The translations under genes were made by a program, and so were the position numbers. Below, piece after piece: positions 47,401 to 55,067 of a DNA stretch of 64,000 bases (positions within the stretch are counted from its first letter, which is position 1; each line of letters opens with the position of its first letter). The stretch comes from a virus, in the IMG/VR virus record IMGVR_UViG_3300036790_000270, positions 53,212 to 117,211 of that record. The stretch is one strand, 5' to 3'. The notes beneath the pieces were generated by a model that saw only the letters and a list, made by a program, of their open reading frames with translations, ran no database searches and was not told where the DNA came from.

Positions 47401-48194
47401 AAAAACCCAAAACCCCCCCAAGTGGGAAAAACCCGAAAAACCGGCTGAGCGAGGAAGAGAAGCTGGCCCGAGCCCAGGCGCGCAAGGAGAGGCTGGCCGC
47501 CGAACGGCTCGCGGCCCGGCAGGCGAGAATCACCGAACTGGGCGGCCCGCTGGTGCCGCTGCCCGCGGTGGTGCTCCGCGACCAGCGCGTCCTGCCGGTG
47601 ACGCCGGAGGCAGCCGCCCGGTGGCTGGAAGGCTGCCTGGCCGAGCTGAGCGTCGACGTCGAGCACACCGGCTACCCGCGGACGCACAAGGACTACCGGC
47701 TGCGCCTGGTGCAGCTCGGCAACGAGGGCTCCGCCGTGGTGCTCGACCCGGCCGACCCGGCGCAGGCGGCAGTGATCCGGGATGCCCTGGCGAGCGCGAC
47801 GGTGCTGCACGCCCACTCGGCGCTGGCCGACCTGATCCCCCTGGAAGCCACCGGGCTCGGCGACGCCAGCATGTGGGACAAGATGATCGACACGGTGAAC
47901 ATCGCCAAGCTGAGCGACCCGGCCCTGTGCGACAGCGACGAGGCCGGCCTGAAGGCCCTGGCGAGGAACCTGCTGGGTCCTGACTACGCCCTGAGCTGGC
48001 GGCTGGACGAGCTGCGCAAGGAGATCTTCGCGGCCGGCGGCTGGATCGGGGACTGCGAGGTGACCACCCCGGCCGAGCGCAGCGGCTGGGCGAGCATTCC
48101 CTTGTGCGAGAGCTTCGTGCGTTACAGTGCGAGTGATGTACTCGACTGCGCCGCTGTGGCGCGCGTTCTAGGCGGAGGACCCGTTGGCGGGTAA
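44469..48194 (+). CDS. Fusion: prim-pol primase + D5-like SF3 helicase + low-complexity linker + PolA-type 3'-5' exonuclease
   Basis: 'LLVIDVD', 'HFHV', 'DVKSNGFVAAPGS'; Walker A 'GDPGRGKT', 'AFIDE'; ExoI 'SVDVEHTG', ExoII 'HAHSALADL', ExoIII 'YSASDV'. Confidence 0.85.
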   Translation: MSRAAEPFRLTTGRWHNRYDPETGRTAKAPCYLAGFTYDDFEYGGDYPAAYLPEADPPESVQTSLICAPSTFLLVIDVDHPEQLGPSATGQLVSWHDAMSVRGSHFHVGVDMRGARPQDWPLQGRTPWGDVKSNGFVAAPGSVHYGGEPYARTSATVQERLVGWTPELLSALAADKAALVAAKRAEWGIAAGARLDGGGYLYASGYTGGSWEAIPDGGLRHDDELKDLLWDMHVEYGRDEAECRAQWERLAGALGKPWTERDFTRHWHRVPARRLDRLEDDDAYKLDRDFGLRVLPPAVEQEYSRQQADWEQRAKAAADEGRQPPTPVPADGPFEDPGDPGADLFDWNLGVGAYQRPFDAGPPSDSDNARAVLSRIGGVCAYLTDRGIWLKRVGARWDDQELGANLRPVLAAVEEVMPAGCADPVKVLDLDADDDAPQVAALKAQAKNLERFKSTASRQSVATACADTAIRYSGRGLATRADALDTEPEVLWAGGVPWDLRASRNGPVRAALSRYQPHLMSAAVVPDLSGPHDRWDALTAAIWPDERGREWALQVLAVAFTGYSDAVMPILMGDPGRGKTHLVKRLIDVLGGNTSWSYGGVMNADLLRSDAKLHGTFTLDLKGKRLAFIDEAPGHGLAAQRRLKSLTGGGALQGNRMRENPVSFAPTHTLVMTANHEDPPPLDEPALQRRARLIFFEGDLAAVDAASRDIDGGEPQRAAWRKEMPWVLARMMQLAAAWLDNRGVADADRAPLDWQNKKDTEISTQDPVLAWLDSGEVAPDPAGTRSSVLRENFVSWCKNQGLAAPTVTKWGRRLTELGFPVTGRDAGGRYRPLKPVLPGAADFMHGSGGRSTMQQTVHPENPQVSGSSMYSLYSLYSKNNTTQEESINNPLAPPTSTHINKGESGKTEQPCTAPENVWSDLGIHSSVHGSETMQDSAQPGTTPLASKPHTPYRKSGAEPAATHKSRPAETGKNDKIVEKPKTPPSGKNPKNRLSEEEKLARAQARKERLAAERLAARQARITELGGPLVPLPAVVLRDQRVLPVTPEAAARWLEGCLAELSVDVEHTGYPRTHKDYRLRLVQLGNEGSAVVLDPADPAQAAVIRDALASATVLHAHSALADLIPLEATGLGDASMWDKMIDTVNIAKLSDPALCDSDEAGLKALARNLLGPDYALSWRLDELRKEIFAAGGWIGDCEVTTPAERSGWASIPLCESFVRYSASDVLDCAAVARVLGGGPVGG
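47020..47440. other. Putative replication origin (AT-rich, iteron-like repeats) inside the primase ORF
   Basis: Sharp GC drop; TGTATAGTT x3 at 47074-47100; roughly ten degenerate ACYRTRCA octamers on both strands. Confidence 0.6.
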
Positions 48195-49137
48195 GCGTAT
48201 TGCTAAAAAGGGTAGTTCAGGTCGTTCAAACCGGACGCCAGGGAAACACGGGGTAACGGACAAGGTAGCCGGGCGCCTGTTCGGGATACTTCAGAGAGAA
48301 AGCACGCGCAGGAACGTCGAGTACGATCTCCGCCAGCCTGTGTGGAAGATACAAGGTTACGACTTGTGCGCCGGGGACGGTGTCTTCGCTGACGACGAGG
48401 CGTTTCACCGGAACACGTCGCCCGGGATATTCGCCTATCACGCTCAGTTTGCCGCAGGAACAGCGTTTGCCCTCCCGGTTGAGGCGCACCTGTACGAGAT
48501 CAAGGAAGCGAATTACCTGAGCCTTCTAGCCGCCATGCGGCGCTGGCTGCCTGAAATGCACAAGATTCAGCCGAGCAGGCGGTTCCATCCGGTTCCGTAC
48601 CAGGAAGTTTCCGAGGGAGTATTCCGCGCCGGCCGCGTTACGGTAACGCTGCACCACGGTGACGGCGCCAGCGCTTCCCTTGACGGAGTCGATCCCTATA
48701 CGGCCGTGCTCGTCTTGCACGATCCGAACTCGATGCTCGCCTGGCCGCTGACACCCGAGTGGCTCTGGCAGCTGCACAATCGCACCAACCTGGTGACCCT
48801 GGTGAACACCATGGGGTGCAACGTAGCCGGGATCAAGCGCATAAGCCCGGAAGAGCGCGACGGGTGGTTTACCCGGGTTACCGCAGTCCTCAGCGTGTCC
48901 TCCCGGTGGCACGACACGCTGTTCGCCAGCCTGCACGGCGACCCGGCCCAGTGGGCGTACCTGATTACCGTGCCGCGTGCCTTCTGGGCAGCTACTGAGA
49001 AGGAAACCCTCCGGTCGTTTGAAAAGCACGGGTTCAAGCTTGATACCGCCTGGTACCGGACAGACCCGGTGCGGTTCGCGGAACTTCAGGAGCAGCATTT
49101 CCTGCGGAAAACAGAACGGGAGGCTCCCGGTGCCTGA
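48184..49137 (+). CDS. Three-Cys-motif partner (TcmP-like, SAM-MTase fold) protein
   Basis: 'YDLCAGDG' SAM-binding-like motif, 'LYEI', 'VLHDP'; adjacent to DUF5131, the known partner. Confidence 0.6.
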   Translation: MAGKRIAKKGSSGRSNRTPGKHGVTDKVAGRLFGILQRESTRRNVEYDLRQPVWKIQGYDLCAGDGVFADDEAFHRNTSPGIFAYHAQFAAGTAFALPVEAHLYEIKEANYLSLLAAMRRWLPEMHKIQPSRRFHPVPYQEVSEGVFRAGRVTVTLHHGDGASASLDGVDPYTAVLVLHDPNSMLAWPLTPEWLWQLHNRTNLVTLVNTMGCNVAGIKRISPEERDGWFTRVTAVLSVSSRWHDTLFASLHGDPAQWAYLITVPRAFWAATEKETLRSFEKHGFKLDTAWYRTDPVRFAELQEQHFLRKTEREAPGA

Positions 49138-50572
49138 TTACGGTCCCTACCGGGTTCATCCGTTCGCCGACGAGTTTCCTCTTCTTGTCAACGACGAGTT
49201 CGACGCACTGGTCGCCAGCATCAAGGCGAACGGCCTGTACCAGAACATCCTGCTCACCGCGGACCAGTCCACGATCGTAGACGGCCGCAACCGTTACCGG
49301 GCCTGTATAGCGGCCGGGCTTGACCCGGTGTTCGACGTTCTGGAAGCGAACGTCAGCGAACCGGACCTGCTCGACATGATCCTCGCACTTAACCTCGATC
49401 GCCGGCACCTGAACCAGGCCCAGCGGGCTCTTATCGCACGGGCGTACGAACGCTATTACGCAGATGCTGTTCCCGCGCCCGTACGTGATGAGACTGGAAA
49501 GTACGTTTCCGCAGGTGAAACCGAAGGACCAGATCTGGTCCCGCGGACGGACGATCCGTCTACGCGCTCTGCGGCAAAGGCGGCCAAGGTTACGGGCGCG
49601 TCGCGGACCGGGGTGACGATGGTGCGGGCGATCGAGCGGGACGCGCCGGACCTGATCCCGCGGATGGCGGCGGGCAAGTTGTCGTTGAACGCAGCGGAGG
49701 CTGAGCGCAAGGCCCGGGTCGCCAGGCAGCCGAAGCCCGAGGTGGTGAAGCCTGCGCCGGTCTTGCTGACGCTGCTGACGCACACGGGCGAGGAGTTTCC
49801 GTACCCGAAGCCGCTGCACCCGGCGTCGTTCAACGAGACGCGCGGCGACGGCATTTCCTGGGCCGCGTGGTCATGGAACCCGGTGACCGGCTGCCTGCAC
49901 GGGTGTGACTACTGCTATGCCCGGGAGATCGCCACGTCTACCCGGTTCGCCGCGGCGTACCCGGCCGGGTTCACCCCGCTGTTCCACCCCGAGCGGCTAG
50001 AGGCCCCGAACCACACCCGCGTGCCGGTTCCGCGCCGGGAAGATCCTGCTTACAAGCGCGTGTTCGTCTGCTCGATGGCGGACCTTTACGGGCGCTGGGT
50101 GCCCGACGGCTGGATCGAGCAGGTGCACGCTTCGATGGCGGCCAGCCCGCAGTGGCAGTACATCACCCTGACCAAGTTCCCGGAGCGGTACGAGACGCTG
50201 CCCCCGCCGCCGGGAGCCTGGGTCGGTACGTCCGTGGACGAGCAGAAGCGGGTCAAGCGGGCTGAGAGCGTGTTCTCCAAGCTGGAGGGTGCGGCGGTGA
50301 AGTGGCTTTCGCTGGAACCGTTGCGTGAGTCGCTAGCGTTTACGGACCTGTCCGTGTTTGACTGGGTGGTCATCGGCGGACAGACGGCTACGGTGCAGCC
50401 CGATGGCCCGGTAGGACGGTTCGCACCGCCGTTTGAGTGGGTAGCCCGGATCTGGGCGCAGGCGAAGGAAGCAGGCTGCCGGGTGCACTTGAAGCCGAAT
50501 TTGCTGATTAGTGACGGGCATCCGGGGATGCAGCTGCCCGACGAGTATCCGGAGGTGTCGTCTTATGATTGA
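49130..50572 (+). CDS. ParB-like N-terminal domain fused to DUF5131 (Gp37/Gp68 three-Cys radical-SAM-like)
   Basis: 'VHPFADEFP...SIKANG...IVDGRNRYRAC...NLDRRHL'; 'SWNPVTGCLHGCDYCYA', 'VFVCSMADL', 'SLEPL', 'DWVVIGG'. Confidence 0.85.
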   Translation: MPDYGPYRVHPFADEFPLLVNDEFDALVASIKANGLYQNILLTADQSTIVDGRNRYRACIAAGLDPVFDVLEANVSEPDLLDMILALNLDRRHLNQAQRALIARAYERYYADAVPAPVRDETGKYVSAGETEGPDLVPRTDDPSTRSAAKAAKVTGASRTGVTMVRAIERDAPDLIPRMAAGKLSLNAAEAERKARVARQPKPEVVKPAPVLLTLLTHTGEEFPYPKPLHPASFNETRGDGISWAAWSWNPVTGCLHGCDYCYAREIATSTRFAAAYPAGFTPLFHPERLEAPNHTRVPVPRREDPAYKRVFVCSMADLYGRWVPDGWIEQVHASMAASPQWQYITLTKFPERYETLPPPPGAWVGTSVDEQKRVKRAESVFSKLEGAAVKWLSLEPLRESLAFTDLSVFDWVVIGGQTATVQPDGPVGRFAPPFEWVARIWAQAKEAGCRVHLKPNLLISDGHPGMQLPDEYPEVSSYD

Positions 50573-50789
50573 CTTCAGCGAGGCGCTGACCGCGATGAAG
50601 GCGGGAAAGCGGGTGACCCGCGCGGTGTGGGCGAGCGGGCGCGACGACTGGCACGGCGCGTTCGCCGAGATCCGGGAGGTTCCCGGTTACGAGCCGCAGA
50701 TCATGGTCGGCTATGCCGGCGGGACCCCCCGCCCGTTCGCCGGCGCCCAGTGGGACCTGCTTTCTGACGACTGGCAGGTTCTTGACTAA
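50565..50789 (+). CDS. DUF2829/Tad2-like (Thoeris anti-defence 2 sponge family) protein
   Basis: 'FSEALTAMKAGKRVTRAVW...DLLSDDW' family signature. Confidence 0.75.
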   Translation: MIDFSEALTAMKAGKRVTRAVWASGRDDWHGAFAEIREVPGYEPQIMVGYAGGTPRPFAGAQWDLLSDDWQVLD

Positions 50790-50807
50790 ATGGCTACAGG
50801 AGGTGCC

Positions 50808-52178
50808 ATGAAGAGGTTTACCGTACCGCGCTGCGCGCATTGCGAGTCTGGCGCATTATGCCGGTGCCAAGGTTCACGCTGCCGCGCTGCGCGCACTGCG
50901 ACGCGGGTTCATTATGCCGGCGCCAAGGTTCACGCTGCCGCGCTGCGCGCACTGCGCCGGGGGCGTCTTATTGCCGTCCCCGGCTGGCTGCTGGACCGCG
51001 AGCGCGACTTCCAGAAGGCGTTCCGCCCCGCCGCCCTCGACGGCGTGCTCCTCGACCCCGTTCAGGTAGAGCGGCTGGCCGTGGAGCACGCCGGGGCCCG
51101 GGAGGCGTCCAGGAGGCGCGTGGAGGATGCTACCGGCGGCCAGGTGACCAACCCGAAGTCCAGTGCCCAGGTAGGGCCCTACCTGGCCGCCACCGGCCGT
51201 TACGACCTGCCGCTGAGCGAGCGGACCGGGAAGCCGGGCGCCGCCAAGGGGGTGCTGGAGCCCTACGCCTACCTGGGGGACCAGCTGGCCCGGGACATCC
51301 TCGGCTACCGGGAGCACGACACCGCGCTCGGCCTGCTGCTGGAGCCGCGCCGTGAGCTGATCGAGCACGGTGACGGCCGGGTTCGCACGTCCATCCTGAC
51401 GCTGGCTGCCAACACCGGAAGAACCAGCTCGCGGAATGAGAACCTGCAACAGGTGAGCCGCCAGGGCGGGATGCGCGCCTGCCACCTGGCCGAGCCCGGC
51501 TGCCTGATCATCTCCGCGGACTTCGCCTCGGTGGAGGTGCGGGTGGGCGCCGCCCTATCAGGTGATAGCGGCATGCAGGAAATGATTAGGATGGGCGACC
51601 GGTACCCGGCCCGCAAAAAGGAGTTCGATTTTCACTGGCGTACTGCTATCTCTGTGTGGGGGCAGGAGGCGACCAAGGAGAACAGGTACACCGCTAAGCG
51701 AATAAACTTTCAGAAGATGTACGGGGGGGCGCCCAAGGGCTGCGCGGCGGCGGTCGGCATCCCGCTCCCCGAGGCGCGGACCGTGTTCTCCGCGTTCGAG
51801 GCGCTCGCTCCCGGCTACGTCGCGTGGGACCAGTGGGTCCGCGACTCGGTGCGCGCCGGGATGAAGTCGTTCACCACCTACAGCGGCCGGGAGATCTGGC
51901 TGACCGGCAAGGGCGAGCACGCCGCCGGCAACGCCGCCATCCAGGGCACCGCCCGCGAGTTCCTGGTGGACGCCGTGGCCAAGTGGGTGGCCGGGCCGTG
52001 GGGCGGCGCGGTCATCATGCCGGTCCACGACGAGCTGATCGCCTTTGACATTCCCGGGGCGGAGGCCGCCGACGCGACCGCGTTCCTGGTCAGCTGCATG
52101 GAAGCGGAGCTGAACGGGGTGAAGATCATCGCCGAGGCGAACGAGCCGAGTCCGTATTGGCTGGACGCTTCGTTATAG
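50808..52178 (+). CDS. DNA polymerase I (family A), polymerase domain only
   Basis: 'NTGRTSSRNENLQQV', motif A 'ISADFASVEVRV', motif B 'RYTAKRINFQKMYG', motif C 'PVHDELI'; GGAGG RBS before ATG 50808. Confidence 0.88.
   Translation: MKRFTVPRCAHCESGALCRCQGSRCRAARTATRVHYAGAKVHAAALRALRRGRLIAVPGWLLDRERDFQKAFRPAALDGVLLDPVQVERLAVEHAGAREASRRRVEDATGGQVTNPKSSAQVGPYLAATGRYDLPLSERTGKPGAAKGVLEPYAYLGDQLARDILGYREHDTALGLLLEPRRELIEHGDGRVRTSILTLAANTGRTSSRNENLQQVSRQGGMRACHLAEPGCLIISADFASVEVRVGAALSGDSGMQEMIRMGDRYPARKKEFDFHWRTAISVWGQEATKENRYTAKRINFQKMYGGAPKGCAAAVGIPLPEARTVFSAFEALAPGYVAWDQWVRDSVRAGMKSFTTYSGREIWLTGKGEHAAGNAAIQGTAREFLVDAVAKWVAGPWGGAVIMPVHDELIAFDIPGAEAADATAFLVSCMEAELNGVKIIAEANEPSPYWLDASL
50812..50980 (+). 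repeat. 56-bp tandem repeat, about 3 copies, at the 5' end of the polymerase ORF
   Basis: CCGCGCTGCGCGCA recurs at 50826, 50882 and 50938. Confidence 0.9.
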
Positions 52179-52203
52179 GTGTGACGCGGGGTAAGCTGCG
52201 CTC

Positions 52204-52407
52204 ATGAGCGATACCGAAAGCTCCACCACGTGGCCCAGGCTGCTAACGGTGGTCGAAGTGGCGAAAGTCCTGCGCGTCTCCAAGATGACCGTGTACCGGA
52301 TGGTGCACGACGGCGAGCTGCGCGCGGTGAAGGTGGGCCGCGGCTTCCGGGTGGAGGCTGCCTCCCTGCGCGAGCTGCTGCGCGCCAACGCGGTGCCCGT
52401 CAAGTGA
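52204..52407 (+). CDS. Excisionase-like/MerR-type HTH DNA-binding protein
   Basis: 'LLTVVEVAKVLRVSKMTVYRMVHDGELRAVKVGRGFRV'. Confidence 0.9.
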   Translation: MSDTESSTTWPRLLTVVEVAKVLRVSKMTVYRMVHDGELRAVKVGRGFRVEAASLRELLRANAVPVK

Positions 52408-52673
52408 TCACCGCCGCCGGGGTCTCCGGCAGCCTCAGCATCCTCGGGCTGCACGTCAGCGCCTGGACCGCGCTGGTCGCCACCGGGTTTTTCGCCCTCG
52501 GCCTGTTCGTGCACGGAAAATGGGGGAAATAGCATGAGCCTGGTCAAGAACAGCAAGGCGCCTTACGTCCAGTGCGCGCTACGCTGCAGTACCTGCCAGC
52601 AGGTATGCACCGCCCAGCGTGGCCACGCCGCCATGGCCGGGCACAGCTGCGGTCACTAGCCAAGGAGGAAAAC

Positions 52674-53069
52674 ATGACGCTGCAGGAAAACATGACGCTG
52701 CAGGACTACCGCTGCCTCTTCCGCGACCCGGCCGTCCCGCTCGGCCCCGAGAAACTGGAACTGCGCCGCCTGGTACTCAAGCAGGCGGAAGCCCACCCGG
52801 ACACCTTCAACATGACCGAATGGGAACTGTCGGCCGGCTGCCGCACCACCCGCTGCATCGCCGGCTGGGCGCAGTTCTTCGCCCGCGGGCAGGTCAACCA
52901 GCAGGAGGGCAGTTCCTTCGTGGAAACTGACGCGATCCGGCTGCTCGGCCTGACCGAGGAGGAGTTCTTCGACGTGGACGAGGCCGATGACCTGTTTCAC
53001 CTTGCTGACACGCCGGCCGTTGACCGGCTGCGTTACCTTGCCCGCGACCCGGAGGGAACTGAGCAGTGA
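52674..53069 (+). CDS. Hypothetical phage protein (paralog of 54289-54744)
   Basis: 'LELRRLVLKQAEAHPDTFNM..W...CRTTRCIAGWA'. Confidence 0.7.
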   Translation: MTLQENMTLQDYRCLFRDPAVPLGPEKLELRRLVLKQAEAHPDTFNMTEWELSAGCRTTRCIAGWAQFFARGQVNQQEGSSFVETDAIRLLGLTEEEFFDVDEADDLFHLADTPAVDRLRYLARDPEGTEQ

Positions 53070-53419
53070 ACAGCAGCGACGACATCATCTACCAGCAGGC
53101 AACCGGGCAGCTCCCGGGCCAGGGTGAAACCCTGTTCAATCCCGATGACGAGCTCACCGACCAGGACGTGCTGTCTTTCATCGGCCAGCACGCCGGCACC
53201 GTCGCGATGACCACGTTCCCGCTGCGGATGGAACCCGGCGGCGGGCACCCCGGGGACAAGGTGTTCTACGCCCCGGTGCCTACCCGCGACCCGGAGCTGT
53301 TCATCGCCATCGGGTTCCGGTTCGGTTACCCGTCCGCCGACCAGATGGAAAACTACAAGGCCCGCTGGGCGTCCCTCAACGGCCCGATGACCCGCCAGGA
53401 ACTCGGCGCGCTGCGGTGA
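53066..53419 (+). CDS. Hypothetical protein
   Basis: 117-aa ORF with GTGA overlap. Confidence 0.55.
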   Translation: MNSSDDIIYQQATGQLPGQGETLFNPDDELTDQDVLSFIGQHAGTVAMTTFPLRMEPGGGHPGDKVFYAPVPTRDPELFIAIGFRFGYPSADQMENYKARWASLNGPMTRQELGALR

Positions 53420-53560
53420 AAACCTTCCTCGACTGGCTCTTCGACCAGCTGTACGGGCTGTGGATATCCCTGTTCCCGCCCCGGGAGGACCCCGGCGGCC
53501 AGCCGCCGTCAGACTGACGACCGGAACCCGTTAACGCCGAAGTCCTCCGTAAGGGGGAAC

Positions 53561-54001
53561 ATGCCAGTACGCCGCCGCCCGGCCGCCAGGGAGGCAAGCC
53601 AGGCAAACCGGAACCGCAACCGCAACCGGGCGGAAGGCGCGGTATGGCGCCGCATCGTGCAGGGCGTGCTGTCCCGCGACCTGCGCGTCTGCTGGATTTG
53701 CCGCCACCCGGGCGCCAACGCGGCCGACCACGTCATCCCGGTTACCGAGCGTCCCGACCTCGCCCTGTCCGCCGCCAACCTGCGGGCCGTGCACTCGGCC
53801 AGCCGCGCCGGGGGCGGGGAATGCCGCGTCTGCTCCGTCGCCGCCACCGTGAAAGCCGGGGCGCCCGTGCGCGTCTTCTGCAATGAGATTAAAGGCTCCG
53901 GCAGCATCGAGCGCGCCCGGCGCATCATCGAGACGCGAACCGGGCTTGCCCTCGGATCACAGTCCAGCGGCAAGCCCGGCGGTGAGCGTGACTGGGAATG
54001 A
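53561..54001 (+). CDS. HNH endonuclease
   Basis: 'CWICRHPGANAADHVIP...LSAANLRAVH...CNEIKG'. Confidence 0.85.
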   Translation: MPVRRRPAAREASQANRNRNRNRAEGAVWRRIVQGVLSRDLRVCWICRHPGANAADHVIPVTERPDLALSAANLRAVHSASRAGGGECRVCSVAATVKAGAPVRVFCNEIKGSGSIERARRIIETRTGLALGSQSSGKPGGERDWE

Positions 54002-54005
54002 GCGC

Positions 54006-54041
54006 GGCGCGTGCCAATTGGGTTCCGTGCGCTGTTTGGCC
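54006..54041 (-). repeat. Solo TIGR-like unit
   Basis: GGCG-CGTGCCAAT-TGGGTTCCG-TGCGCTGTT-TGGCC. Confidence 0.85.
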
Positions 54042-54056
54042 GCCCGCATTTCCCCG

Positions 54057-54146
54057 TTACTTAATGTGCAGGAACATGTGCAGCCGCAATTCCTCCGCGC
54101 TCTTGAACGACTCCGGGCACACCTTGCACCGGTACGGGCCGCTCAT
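54057..54146 (-). CDS. 29-aa classical C2H2 zinc-finger peptide (not in the ORF track)
   Basis: MSGPYRCKVCPESFKSAEELRLHMFLHIK. Confidence 0.6.
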   Translation of the reverse strand: MSGPYRCKVCPESFKSAEELRLHMFLHIK

Positions 54147-54288
54147 GTATTCCCGCACGCGCTAAGGTGCCGGACCCGCAGCAGCAGCTGATGCCGCCGC
54201 ACCGGCCGGAACGGGGCGCACGACGGGCACAGGCCGCCCAGCTTCGGGTCCCCGCCCGGCCGCAGGCACGACACGCACAGGTGCGCGC

Positions 54289-54744
54289 TCACGCTGCCGC
54301 CTCCGCTACGGCCGCCAGCTTCCGCAGTTGCTCCAGGGCCCCGCTTTCCCGGGCGTAGAACAGCCCCGAAGTCAGGCCGGAACCGCGGTAGAAATCGTCG
54401 TAGCTAAGGCCCAGCAGCGTGATCGCGTCCATCCCGGTAACCGGGATACCCTGCTCCGTGTCGCCGTTCGGGAATACCTCACCACGGACGAGGAACTGCG
54501 CCCAGCCGGCAACGCACCGCGTGGTACCGCACTCCTGGTCCAGTTCCCAGTAGCCCATGTCGAAGGTGCCCGGGTTCGCCTCTGCCTGCTTCAGCACCAT
54601 CCTCCGCAGTTCCAGCTGCTCCGCGGTGACCGCAGTTCCCGGGTCGCGCCAGGGGATGCGCTCGTCGTCAGCTGATTCCGTTTCCGGGTCGCTCCAGGGG
54701 ATGGGGATGCGCTCGTCGTCAGCAGGCCGTTCGCTTTCTTCCAC
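54289..54744 (-). CDS. Hypothetical phage protein (paralog of 52674-53069)
   Basis: 'LELRRMVLKQAEANPGTFDM..W...CGTTRCVAGWA'. Confidence 0.7.
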   Translation of the reverse strand: MEESERPADDERIPIPWSDPETESADDERIPWRDPGTAVTAEQLELRRMVLKQAEANPGTFDMGYWELDQECGTTRCVAGWAQFLVRGEVFPNGDTEQGIPVTGMDAITLLGLSYDDFYRGSGLTSGLFYARESGALEQLRKLAAVAEAAA

Positions 54745-55026
54745 GCTCTGTCCTTTCCCTCGTCAGTACCGGGCGTCGCAGACCTGGCAGTGATGCTGCC
54801 CGTCGTGCCCGCGGTCCAGGTCGCACGCGTGCTGCATCTCGGGATGCTGAGGGGGACGGGTTCCCCCCCGGACCGTGCAGGCCGGCTTACTTTCCTTTTT
54901 CGCCATCATGTCCTTACCGGTGGTAGTCGCGGGCACCGCAGTTGTTGCAGCGGTACAGGATGTTCGGCTCGCCGTAGCAGGGGGGCAGGGTTGGCATTCG
55001 GGTATTTTCCTTTCCTAGGCGGCTTA

Positions 55027-55040
55027 GTGCCACGTGGCAC
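55027..55040. promoter_or_regulatory. 14-bp palindrome GTGCCACGTGGCAC (second copy at 61108-61121), putative operator
   Basis: Perfect palindrome present twice in intergenic-looking DNA. Confidence 0.45.
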
Positions 55041-55067
55041 CAGGGGGGTGCCGGGCGCGGGCCGCGG

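Noticed and set aside
48195-50975. Group I/II intron or intein interrupting PolA
   Set aside because: No intron core, RT/maturase, LAGLIDADG or intein motifs recognisable by eye, and the insert is filled by three overlapping ORFs; left open for a covariance-model search.
52204-52407. Integration/excision module
   Set aside because: Only an Xis-like HTH is present; no integrase or att site is recognisable in the window.
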